Both the position numbers and the translations under genes were made by a program. From the IMG/VR virus record IMGVR_UViG_3300047558_000077, positions 32,001 through 96,000 of that record: a stretch of 64,000 bases of DNA; one strand, given 5' to 3'. Source of the DNA: a virus. This document shows, in pieces, positions 20,162-29,930 of this stretch. Numbering within the stretch: position 1 is the first letter of the stretch; every line of letters begins with the position of its first letter. The notes under the pieces are model-generated. The model saw nothing but the letters and a program-made list of their open reading frames with translations, did no database searches and was not told the origin of the DNA.

Positions 20162-20724
20162 GTGTAACATATAACTTTTACGAGCCACTGAAAGACCCAC
20201 AATGGATATCAGGAAAAGATATTCTTCCTCTACTAGCAGACTTTAAGAATCCTGTTGGTATTGAAATTGGTGTTGATGAGGCACCAACAAGTTGGTTCTT
20301 TCTAAAGAATAGACCAGACCTGAAACTATTCGGTGTTGATCCGTTTCAGGCATATCAAGATTGGTATCCTGAAGGTTATATCAGTCAGCGTCAACAGGAT
20401 GAAAAGTATGAGAACATGCGTCGTCGTACCGCAGAGTTTGGTGATCGATGGAAACATTATCGTTTAACTTCTGATGATGCTGTTCCTCTATTTACAGATG
20501 ATTCATTCGACTTTATCTTTATTGACGGTCTGCATGAGTATGAACAGGTCCTAAAGGACTGTAAGAACTATTGGCCTAAGATCAAGAAGGGTGGTGTATT
20601 CGCAGGGCATGACTATCGTGTTATTGAAGGTGTCGGTCGTGCTGTTGATGAATTTGCTGCTACAGTAGGCGCAACGCCTATTCATCTACCAGAACAAGAT
20701 GCTTGGTACTGGATAAAGGAGTAA
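20158..20724 (+). CDS. Class I SAM-dependent methyltransferase (O-methyltransferase-like)
   Basis: IEIGV, GVDPF, FDFIFIDGLH, KKGGVFAGHDY. Confidence 0.85.
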   Translation: MSVTYNFYEPLKDPQWISGKDILPLLADFKNPVGIEIGVDEAPTSWFFLKNRPDLKLFGVDPFQAYQDWYPEGYISQRQQDEKYENMRRRTAEFGDRWKHYRLTSDDAVPLFTDDSFDFIFIDGLHEYEQVLKDCKNYWPKIKKGGVFAGHDYRVIEGVGRAVDEFAATVGATPIHLPEQDAWYWIKE

Positions 20725-20727
20725 ACT

Positions 20728-21948
20728 ATGGATTGGGAATGTCGTCCGATTACAGAATGTATTGCATGTGGTTCAAGCGATTTGGTTCCTGTGTTGGATC
20801 TCAATTCTCAACCATTAGCAAACTCATATAAGAAAGATAAACTAGAACAACAACCAGAGTATCCTCTAGCAATCAATCGCTGTAAACATTGTTATCATGT
20901 TCAACTAACGCATCAAGTAAATCCAAAACTAATGTTCACGGATTATGCTTATGTGTCAGGTACAGCTAAAACGTCGCTAGACTATTTTGATTGGCTAGTT
21001 GATCAAATAGTAAGAAAATACGGCTCTACACCAGAGTCAGTTCTAGATATCGGATGCAATGACGGTAGCTTTCTAAACGCATGGGGTGGCACGGGCACCG
21101 TTACGTTTGGTGTTGATCCTGCTGAAAACTTGCATCCGATATCTTCTAAACATCATCGTGTTCATTGTGGCTTCTTTACAGGTAAAGAGTTTGGTGACAA
21201 AAGATTTGACGTTATTACATGTCTAAATGCATTCGCTCACAACGCAGATCAGTTATCATTACTAAAGAATGTGGCGACACGTATGCATGAAGATACGTTA
21301 TTGTTTTGTTCCGTGTCTCAGGCTAATATGATATTAAATGGTGAGTTTGATACAATCTATCATGAGCACCTATCATTCTATAACATCAAATCTGCAAGAG
21401 CCTTGTGTAAACGAGCAGGGCTAAATTTGATTGATGTTATCAAGCACAGCATTCATGGTGATAGTTATATCTTTGTTATCTCGAAAGTGAAAGAAGCAAA
21501 AGTCTATATCGAGTCATTGATTCTAGAAGAAGAGAAGATGGGTCTTTATGATCCTGAAACCTATGATGAGTATGCTGAAAAGTGTTATTTCATTGCGGAT
21601 AAGTTTGCAGAAACGATCAGAGGTTATCGTGCATTAGGTGTCACTGTTATTGGTTACGGTGCTCCTGCCAAGGGCAATACACTAATGAACTTTGCTAATG
21701 AAGGTCCAGACTTTATTGTTGATGATAATCCTTTAAAGCAACTCACATTTACTCCTGGTATGTCTGTGCCAATCTATTCACCTTCATACATGACGCTAAA
21801 CTATTTTGAAACGAAACGTGTTTGCTTTGTTCCGCTTGCTTGGAACTTCTATGATGAAATTGTTGCTAACATAAGAAAGATTAGACCAGCACATACACAT
21901 AAGGATATCTTCGTGCGTTACTTCCCAAAGTTTGAAATCAATGAATAG
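20728..21948 (+). CDS. NDP-sugar C-methyltransferase (NovU/TcaB9-like)
   Basis: N-terminal CxxC..CxxC, YAYVS, LDIGCNDG, DTIYHEH, GYGAPAKG, VDDNPLKQ, LAWNF. Confidence 0.88.
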   Translation: MDWECRPITECIACGSSDLVPVLDLNSQPLANSYKKDKLEQQPEYPLAINRCKHCYHVQLTHQVNPKLMFTDYAYVSGTAKTSLDYFDWLVDQIVRKYGSTPESVLDIGCNDGSFLNAWGGTGTVTFGVDPAENLHPISSKHHRVHCGFFTGKEFGDKRFDVITCLNAFAHNADQLSLLKNVATRMHEDTLLFCSVSQANMILNGEFDTIYHEHLSFYNIKSARALCKRAGLNLIDVIKHSIHGDSYIFVISKVKEAKVYIESLILEEEKMGLYDPETYDEYAEKCYFIADKFAETIRGYRALGVTVIGYGAPAKGNTLMNFANEGPDFIVDDNPLKQLTFTPGMSVPIYSPSYMTLNYFETKRVCFVPLAWNFYDEIVANIRKIRPAHTHKDIFVRYFPKFEINE

Positions 21949-22726
21949 AGTTGCCTACTATCACATTCATCTAACAGATGATCCTCTAATCTGGACTTCT
22001 ATCTTTCTTGAACAAATGAAATGTATAGAGGATTCTGGATTGATTCAGAATCTAAATAAGATGCGAGTTACTTGCATTGCACAGGATGATGACCGCATCC
22101 AGATGTTTGTTCGTCTATGCGAATCCTATAACATTCCTATGGAACTAACAGCGATCAAGAACCCATTTGACAATGATCGTGACATGCTCTATAATAGAAA
22201 CACTAATAAGTCATGCACGGAAGACATTACGTTAAAGCGTATATGGGAAGATTGTAAAAAGGAAGATATGAAAGTTCTTTACTTTCATTCTAAAGGTTCT
22301 ACATCATATTCCACTAATGTCAATGTCAATAACATCGTCAAACATAAGGAATACTTTTACTGGCGTTCCTTTATGAATTGGGCTGTGTTGGAGCAATGGG
22401 CTTTTTGTGAGAACGCATTGGATAGATATGATATTGCTGGTGGTGACTATCATGAATTACCTTCCCCACATTTTTGCGGTAACTTCTGGTGGGCAACTTC
22501 GGATCATATCAAGCAATTGCCAGACCCACTAGATAAAGCATGGTGGCATGAATTACAAAAGAGGACAGATGATGCTTGGATCAAACAAGCACCAGTTAGA
22601 ATGTATGATGAAATGTGGATCGGTGCTAGAGAAGGTATCAAAGTATATAACGTGATTGATCTAAAGGGTAAGAACCCAGTCAATCAATGTTTATCTGAAT
22701 TAGACTGTGAGAGGCTTATGCAATGA
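21941..22726 (+). CDS. Glycosyltransferase-like hypothetical protein
   Basis: LYFHSKG and HFCGNFWWA motifs; island context. Confidence 0.55.
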   Translation: MNRVAYYHIHLTDDPLIWTSIFLEQMKCIEDSGLIQNLNKMRVTCIAQDDDRIQMFVRLCESYNIPMELTAIKNPFDNDRDMLYNRNTNKSCTEDITLKRIWEDCKKEDMKVLYFHSKGSTSYSTNVNVNNIVKHKEYFYWRSFMNWAVLEQWAFCENALDRYDIAGGDYHELPSPHFCGNFWWATSDHIKQLPDPLDKAWWHELQKRTDDAWIKQAPVRMYDEMWIGAREGIKVYNVIDLKGKNPVNQCLSELDCERLMQ

Positions 22727-23964
22727 AAGTAACAGTGATTGGTGCGGGAGGTCATGTTGGTCTTCCGTTTTCTCTTGTGGTAGCAGATGCGGGACATATC
22801 GTATATGGTGTTGACCTGAATGAAGAACTTATTCTAGCACTGAATAGTGGTATTGTGCCTTATATTGAACATGGCGCAGAAGAACTACTAGTAAAGCACA
22901 CATCAGAAGGTAACATCGTTTTCACTACCAACGCATCTATGATAAATGAATCAGATGTTGTTGCCATCATGCTTGGCACACCTGTTGACGAAGAGAACAA
23001 TCCACGACTAGATGATTTGTTTGACTTTGTTGATCATACTCTTATGCCTAATATGAAGAAAGATACGTTGGTGCTGTTAAGGTCAACAGTATCACCAGGC
23101 ACAACAGAAATACTTCGTGATCGTATTGAATCGATAACTGGATGGATAGAAGGTAAAGATTTTTATCTGGTGTTTGTTCCTGAAAGAGTTCTACAGACAA
23201 AAGGTATTGAAGAGACAGCAAATCTACCAGCATTGATTGGAGCATTTGGAGATAACTCATATTATAAGGCTAGAGAGTTTCTAGGAACATTCATCAAGGC
23301 ACCTATGTTTCTTCTAACACCAAGAGAAGCGGAGATCGGTAAACTTATGACGAATATGTTTCGTTATGTTACCTTTGCTCTTGCTAATGAGTTTTGGATG
23401 ATTGGAGAAAAGCAAGGTGTGGATATGCACCGTGTCATCCAAGCAGCAAATTATGGTTATGAAAGAAATGCTATTCCTCTACCAGGTCCTAATGTCGGCG
23501 GTCCATGTCTATTCAAAGATGGTAGATTTCTTCTATCAGACATACCGTTTGCTGATCTTATTCAGACCTCGTTCCATATCAATGAAGGTATGCCAGACTA
23601 CATCTTCAATCGCATCAAGGAGATGAATCCTAAGGTAAGATGTGTTTTGATTCTTGGTGCGACCTTCAAGAAGGACTGTGACGATACACGAAACAGTCTA
23701 TCATTCAAAATGAAGAAGGTATGTAAGAAGAATGGTGCCGAGGTGTATATGTGGGATGACTATATTCCGTGGCCAAAGGACAAGGATTTTCCATACAGAG
23801 AACATTTTGATGCTGTTATTGTAATGACACCTCATACAGGCACAGAAGCAAAGTGGCCGCTAAATGATTTCAATGATGATTGTATCATCGCAGATATCTG
23901 GAAGATGTATCCAGAAAGTAAACTAAGTAAGTCAGGCATTTATAGAGTTGGAGATATGTTGTAA
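22723..23964 (+). CDS. NDP-sugar 6-dehydrogenase (UDP-glucose/GDP-mannose dehydrogenase family)
   Basis: GAGGHVGLP, RSTVSPGTT, PERV, KLMTN, GPNVGGPCL, GATFK. Confidence 0.9.
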   Translation: MKVTVIGAGGHVGLPFSLVVADAGHIVYGVDLNEELILALNSGIVPYIEHGAEELLVKHTSEGNIVFTTNASMINESDVVAIMLGTPVDEENNPRLDDLFDFVDHTLMPNMKKDTLVLLRSTVSPGTTEILRDRIESITGWIEGKDFYLVFVPERVLQTKGIEETANLPALIGAFGDNSYYKAREFLGTFIKAPMFLLTPREAEIGKLMTNMFRYVTFALANEFWMIGEKQGVDMHRVIQAANYGYERNAIPLPGPNVGGPCLFKDGRFLLSDIPFADLIQTSFHINEGMPDYIFNRIKEMNPKVRCVLILGATFKKDCDDTRNSLSFKMKKVCKKNGAEVYMWDDYIPWPKDKDFPYREHFDAVIVMTPHTGTEAKWPLNDFNDDCIIADIWKMYPESKLSKSGIYRVGDML

Positions 23965-23975
23965 GGATCGGATTT

Positions 23976-24044
23976 ACTAAATAGTATTGTCCGTCACGGA
24001 GTTGGCGCTCCCACGGACTCTAATACTGTTTAGGAGTATCAGCA
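23976..24044 (+). promoter_or_regulatory. Late promoter plus structured RNA leader of the GIY-YIG-like endonuclease (copy 2)
   Basis: ACTAAATA then GTCCGT-CAC-GGAG-loop-CTCC-C-ACGGAC, CTAA, TACT-GTTTAGG-AGTA, CAGC. Confidence 0.75.
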
Positions 24045-24668
24045 ATGTTCTATATTTATGCCTATCTCAGGCAAGACAACACACCATATTATATCGGTAA
24101 AGGAAAAGGTCGTAGGGCTTGGACTAAGTATAAGGGAGAAGTGTATCCTCCTAAAGACAAAACTCGTGTGGTCATTATGGAAGATAATCTAACAGAACTT
24201 GGCGCTTTGGCTTTAGAAAGAAGATATATTCGTTGGTATGGACGTAAAGATAATGGCACAGGTATATTGAGAAATATGACAGATGGTGGTGACGGAACAA
24301 CAGGTATCATCAGAGACGAGGAATGGAGTAGAAAGCAAAGAGAGTCACAACCTAAAAAATTTGGTTTAGATAATCCATTCTATAACAAGCAGCACAATGT
24401 AGAAACAAAAAAGATAATGAGTATCAAAAAACAGGGTGAAAATCATCCTATGTTTGGAAAGAAACAAAGTAATACTACAATAGAAAGAAAAGTAAAGAAA
24501 CTATCAAAGAAGTGGATGATAACATTTCCAGATGGTCATAGTGAGATTATAAAGAACATAAAAGAGTTTTGTAGAGATAAAGATTTTGGTCCGAGCCAAC
24601 TATATAATGTCGCTTATGGAAATCAAAAATCTTGTCACGGATATAAATGTCAGAAAATGGAGAACTGA
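24045..24668 (+). mobile_element. Free-standing GIY-YIG-like homing endonuclease with NUMOD3-like repeats
   Basis: [32 protein letters not shown] and HPMFGKKQS repeats. Confidence 0.8.
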
Positions 24669-24669
24669 A

Positions 24670-25659
24670 ATGCGTGTATTGGTCACTGGAAGTGAAGGAT
24701 CGTTGGGACAGGCTGTCATACCACTATTATTGAAAAAAGGTTATGTTGTGACCGGCGTAGATAATCTTGCCAGATACGGTGAAAGATTCGGTTTAGCAGG
24801 TAATGATTATACGTTTATCAAGTGCGATCTAACTGACGGACTTAGTGTCCAGAGATTGATGGATCAGGTAAAACCGGATTATATTCTACAAATGGCTGCC
24901 ACTATTTACGGGGTTTCAGGGTTCAATAAGTATTGCGGTGAGATGTATAAGGACATTGCCCTACACGATAATGTCCTTCGTGCTGCTGCTAATCATAATG
25001 TTGAAAAGGTAATCTACATTTCATCTTCTATGGTGTATGAGAACTGCCCACAAGACATTGCTTATCCGGTTCCTGAGGATATTGTTGATAGTAATCCAGC
25101 ACCTTATACAGACTATGGTCTATCAAAGTTTGTCGGTGAGCGTGTATCTAAGGCATATCTAAAGCAGTATGGTCTAAAGTATACTATCTGGCGTCCATTC
25201 AACATCATTACACCATATGAAAGAAGTGAGTCCGAAGAAGTTGGTATCTCACATGTCTTTGCCGACTACATCAAGAATATCGTTATTGAAAAGAAGAAGC
25301 CACTACCTATTCTAGGTGATGGTTATCAGATTCGGTGCTTCACATGGATTGATGAAGTTGCTGCGGCTATTGCTGACTATTCATTTGATACTAAGACCGA
25401 CAATCAGATTTACAATCTCGGTAATGCTGAACCAATCTCTATGCGTGTTCTAGCAGAGAAGATCAAAGACATTGCCTCTAAAGAATATAATCTGATTGAA
25501 GATTACTTCCTTCTATATGAGACTATCGGTGATTATCAGAACGATGTTCGTGTCCGTATTCCAGATTGTGAAAAAGCCAAGAATGAACTTGGTTGGGAAG
25601 CACGAATGAAAGTTGATGACTCTATTCGTATGTGTCTCAAGTATGTTGCGGAGAAATAA
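24670..25659 (+). CDS. NAD-dependent sugar epimerase/dehydratase/decarboxylase (extended SDR)
   Basis: VTGSEGSLG, ISSSMVY, YGLSK, RPFN, GDGYQIRCFT. Confidence 0.85.
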   Translation: MRVLVTGSEGSLGQAVIPLLLKKGYVVTGVDNLARYGERFGLAGNDYTFIKCDLTDGLSVQRLMDQVKPDYILQMAATIYGVSGFNKYCGEMYKDIALHDNVLRAAANHNVEKVIYISSSMVYENCPQDIAYPVPEDIVDSNPAPYTDYGLSKFVGERVSKAYLKQYGLKYTIWRPFNIITPYERSESEEVGISHVFADYIKNIVIEKKKPLPILGDGYQIRCFTWIDEVAAAIADYSFDTKTDNQIYNLGNAEPISMRVLAEKIKDIASKEYNLIEDYFLLYETIGDYQNDVRVRIPDCEKAKNELGWEARMKVDDSIRMCLKYVAEK

Positions 25660-26606
25660 TGACAACATTCATCGTAACAGGTTGTAATGGATATATTGGC
25701 AGTCATATGTGCCATGAACTTGGTGCGTTATACAATGATTGTCATATCATAGGTATTGATAGAGTTGAGAAGAAGCATCTCAAGCATTTGTATGACGAGT
25801 TTATTCAGGTAGACTTGGCTCTTGACCCTATTGTATTATCAAATGGAAAGAAACGGCACATAGATGCCGTTTTTCATTTTGCTGCCGAGATATCAGTAGA
25901 AGAAGGCGAGTCGGATCCATGGAAGTATTACTTTAACAATGTGGTCGGTTCGCTTCGTATGATGAAAGAAGCAAAGCAGTATGGTATCAAAAACTTTATC
26001 TTTTCATCTACTGCGGCTGTCTACGGTAAATCAGAAAGTTCTGCGTTCGGACATTTGTTTGAAACAAGTCCAGTCAATCCTTATTCTGTATATGGTAAGA
26101 GTAAGGCGATGGTTGAAAATGTTCTGCTAGATGAAAAAGAAATGAACTGTGCCATTCTTCGGTACTTCAATGTTGCCGGTAGAAGTCAGAAAGCCAATCT
26201 ATACGAAGAACATGATCCAGAAACACATTTGATTCCTCTTCTTGTCAGAGGAGAAAATCCTGTGATCTACGGAACAGATTATCAGACAAGAGACGGAACT
26301 TGTGTTAGAGATTTTATTGACGTTAGAGACGTATGCCGTGCCCATACATTGGCTTATCGTTATATGAATGAAAAGAATGAAAGTCTCCTTCTAAATGTAG
26401 GAAGCGGTAGAGGATATACAGTCAAAGAAGTTGTTGACAAAGTGAATGAAATCATTCATAATGGTGAAATGAAAGTTACTTTTGAGGAACGGAGACCAGG
26501 TGATGTTTCCTATCTGGTTGCGGATACAACCAAGATAAAAGAGACACTGGATTTTCAGCCACAGTATTCTCTGGACAATATCATAGAAAGTATGAAGAAT
26601 GTATAA
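25659..26606 (+). CDS. galE: UDP-glucose 4-epimerase-like protein
   Basis: TGCNGYIGSH, FSSTAAVYG, YGKSK, LRYFNVAG, ETHLIP, DGTCVRDFI, RRPGD. Confidence 0.88.
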   Translation: MTTFIVTGCNGYIGSHMCHELGALYNDCHIIGIDRVEKKHLKHLYDEFIQVDLALDPIVLSNGKKRHIDAVFHFAAEISVEEGESDPWKYYFNNVVGSLRMMKEAKQYGIKNFIFSSTAAVYGKSESSAFGHLFETSPVNPYSVYGKSKAMVENVLLDEKEMNCAILRYFNVAGRSQKANLYEEHDPETHLIPLLVRGENPVIYGTDYQTRDGTCVRDFIDVRDVCRAHTLAYRYMNEKNESLLLNVGSGRGYTVKEVVDKVNEIIHNGEMKVTFEERRPGDVSYLVADTTKIKETLDFQPQYSLDNIIESMKNV

Positions 26607-26970
26607 GAGAGACAAATGGGAGAAAGTGAGAAATCTGATTACAGCGGATATTTCTCATGCCGTTCATTATTCGTGCGATAAACTATACGAACATAACGTG
26701 GCGCTTCGGTATCTCCAATACATGGAAGCACTAGAGATAGAAGAAAACTGGCACAATGAATATATTAGATACATGGAAAAGGGTCTAGAATGAAACTTAT
26801 GAGAGTCTTAGACAAAACATTTAAGATTAATAAATCAATGCGACCCGAAATGATTTTAACAGTAGCATTTCCTTTGGAATATGCCAAAGATGAATCAGAA
26901 GTTATTTCTGGTGAAGAGTTTTTAAAACAGTTTAATGAAGCAATGGCAGAATACGAAAGAGAGAATGAAA

Positions 26971-28683
26971 ATGAAGTATCATTCACCGATTGATTCAACA
27001 CTATTTCTTCTCCGTGATGTTCTAGGTTTTGACAATGAACTAACGGAGCCGATTCTTACTGAGGCGGCCAAGTTGTGTGAAGAAGAAATCGCACCGACTA
27101 ATCAGATTGGTGATAAGGAAGGTTGTGTTAGAGTTCCTAAAGTAACCATTTTAAACGAAGATAAAACGATTAAAGAAACTCGTGAATCTTTCGTAAGAGT
27201 TCCAGAATGTTTCAAAGAACCATACAAAAAGTTTGCCGAAGGAGGTTGGCTTGGTCTATCAGTTCCTGAAGAGTATGGTGGACAAGGCCTACCATATACA
27301 CTTGCGGCTGCGGTCAACGAGTTTGTATCCTCGTCTAACATGGCTTTTAGTATGTTTCCTGGCCTTACTCGTGGAGCTATCCAAGCACTCTTAGCATCTG
27401 GTAATGATTTCCAGAAGCATGAGTATATACCTAGATTAGTATCTGGTGAATGGACTGGAACAATGTGTCTTACTGAACCACATTGCGGTACCGACCTTGG
27501 ACTGCTAAAGACAAAAGCGGTGCATGATTATGACGACTGGTATAAGATTACAGGTCAGAAAATCTTTATCTCTGGTGGTGACCACGATCTAACAGATAAT
27601 ATTCTTCATCTTGTTCTAGCAAGAGTTGAAGGTGATTCAGAAGGCGTCAAAGGTATTAGTCTGTTTGCTGTACCTAAAAATCTAGGAGAAAATAATAATG
27701 TCTCTTGCGGTTCTATTGAAGAAAAGATGGGCATTCATGGTTCACCAACATGCGTTATGAACTTTGATGGTGCTTATGGTATTCTAATCGGTGAACGCTG
27801 TAAGGGTCTCCAAGCAATGTTCGTTATGATGAACGAAGCAAGACTAGGTGTTGCTGTTCAAGGACTATCACAATCGGAGTTGGCTTATCAAAATGCTTTG
27901 GAATATGCTAAAGAAAGACTTCAAGGGACTAAACTTTCGAATCGATTGGGGGAGACTACTACTCGGAATCCGTGTAGTATTATACATCACCCTGACGTTC
28001 GCCGTATGCTACTTGATGTTAGGTCTATCAATGAGGCTGCTAGGCTTCTAATACTAGAAGCGGCGATGTTGGTTGATAAAGCCGACGAAGAATCACAAGA
28101 TCGCCTTGGTCTAATGACTCCTGTTCTAAAGGGTGTATTGACAGACTATGGTTTTGAAAATGCTGTAAAGATGCAACAGGTTTGGGGTGGCCATGGATAT
28201 GTTCGTGACAATGGTATGGAACAAATCGTAAGAGACGCCAGAATTGCCATGATCTATGAAGGTGCTAATGGTATTCAGGCACTTGATCTTGTTGGCCGTA
28301 AGTTGCCTAAGAACATGGGTCGTGCTATTACTAAGTTCTTCAAGGATAGTGAAAGTTTCTTGTCGGGTGCATATGATAAAGATATCAATCCAATCGTGCA
28401 GCCAATGACAAGAGCATTGAATGAACTAAAACAAGCAACAGAATGGTTGATGCATAATGCTATCAAGAATCCAAACAATGCTGGTTCGGCATCTTATGAT
28501 TATATGAAGATGATGGGACTTGTTATGCTTGGTATGGCACACATCAAGATTTGTCTAAAGACAAATGACAAGACACGCCATGACAATGCTACATATTTCA
28601 TGGAGCGTATTGTACCAGAGACAAGTTTTCTGTTGAAGCGTATCAAAGAAGGTTCTGATACTATGATGAAAGCGGAGTTTTGA
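26971..28683 (+). CDS. Acyl-CoA dehydrogenase (long, C-terminal-domain type)
   Basis: GTMCLTEPHCGTDLG, ITGQKIFIS, EKMGIHGSPTC, QVWGGHGY, RIAMIYEGANGIQALDL. Confidence 0.93.
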   Translation: MKYHSPIDSTLFLLRDVLGFDNELTEPILTEAAKLCEEEIAPTNQIGDKEGCVRVPKVTILNEDKTIKETRESFVRVPECFKEPYKKFAEGGWLGLSVPEEYGGQGLPYTLAAAVNEFVSSSNMAFSMFPGLTRGAIQALLASGNDFQKHEYIPRLVSGEWTGTMCLTEPHCGTDLGLLKTKAVHDYDDWYKITGQKIFISGGDHDLTDNILHLVLARVEGDSEGVKGISLFAVPKNLGENNNVSCGSIEEKMGIHGSPTCVMNFDGAYGILIGERCKGLQAMFVMMNEARLGVAVQGLSQSELAYQNALEYAKERLQGTKLSNRLGETTTRNPCSIIHHPDVRRMLLDVRSINEAARLLILEAAMLVDKADEESQDRLGLMTPVLKGVLTDYGFENAVKMQQVWGGHGYVRDNGMEQIVRDARIAMIYEGANGIQALDLVGRKLPKNMGRAITKFFKDSESFLSGAYDKDINPIVQPMTRALNELKQATEWLMHNAIKNPNNAGSASYDYMKMMGLVMLGMAHIKICLKTNDKTRHDNATYFMERIVPETSFLLKRIKEGSDTMMKAEF

Positions 28684-29867
28684 TATGTTTAAGAATGAAA
28701 AACTAAACAAGATTTGTGATGCTGTATCTAAGGATGATCCACAGAATAAGATGACGACTATGTTTCTTTTGAAACTCGTGGAAAATTTGATTGAGGCCAG
28801 AGATGATGGTGAGCGTCTAAGACTTGCTCATGATATAATAAATGTGATGTCTGAATGATAGGAGCAAACATTGATTGAACTGTTTAAAGAGCAATTAGAC
28901 GGAAGTCCCAATATAACAAAAGTTTGCTATGCGGTTCGCCAACTAAAGCCACATTCGTTAGAAATTCATTTTTGTAAATTAAATGAAATAGAAAAAATAT
29001 GCGAACAGTATGAAAATTGGAAAGTAACTTACGATATTCTTGGAAGTATTCCAATTTTCAACGAGGTAATAATGGAATGATTTTTGATTACAAAGAAGAT
29101 ACCTGTAAGTATGTTGTCCATTCCAAGAAGAACGGAAACGAGTTTGCTATTTCGTTTATCTCCATGGATCAAGTTGCTGAATATGTAGAGACGGAAGAAA
29201 ATGTAACTGGTGTTTGGAAAGTAACAGCACAGAAGATTCCACCAGAAGTTTATAAGAGAAGAGTGAAAGATGTGGTTCAGTAATCATCATAACGGTATCA
29301 TCGTTCGCCGTAGATACAACTATAAACATCTAAGGCCATATGATACGTGTCTTTGTAGCACATGGTCGAGACACATTAGAACAGTCAATAAGAAAATGAG
29401 GAAAAAGTATGAGAATACATGACTGTAAATACAACGTTCGTCGTAGACCTAAACATTTTAAGGAAAGGCCATATAATAATTTTGCCCAAGCGCCTTGGTC
29501 ATGGTTTATTACATGTGTCAATTTGACAAAGAGAAAAAAGTATGTATGATGAAATATTTGATGATAATCTCAATGGTGGTATTCCCCACGGTTACTAATG
29601 CTCAACTAGCAATGACCACGGACAATCATTCTTTGACACAATCTACTGCCAATCCTCCGTTGAGATCGCCAGCGTATTCTTGGCAGCCAAATACAAGTGA
29701 TGGTGCCACACAGGGTTGGCAGTCAACTGTTCCGACTGGTGGTGCCAGAGGAATCGTAACAGAATGGGAAGAAGTTGAGTGACGAAAAATGAACGCAGAT
29801 TGTCTAGAAATGAATGTCTTTCAGACGAGTTTTGTGTCATTATAGCGACAAGTAGTCAATGGTGACT

Positions 29868-29875
29868 ACTAAATA
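29868..29875 (+). promoter_or_regulatory. Phage late promoter upstream of pmoC
   Basis: ACTAAATA, the variant also found before the endonucleases, holin and head genes; SD AGGAG before the ATG. Confidence 0.6.
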
Positions 29876-29930
29876 AAAGACCGGGCATCCTATCCCGGAG
29901 ACCGGTCAATCACAAAATAGGAGTGAATAT

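Noticed and set aside
23965-24669. Group I intron around the GIY-YIG-like gene
   Set aside because: Flanking genes are complete and unrelated, and there is no room for intron core elements
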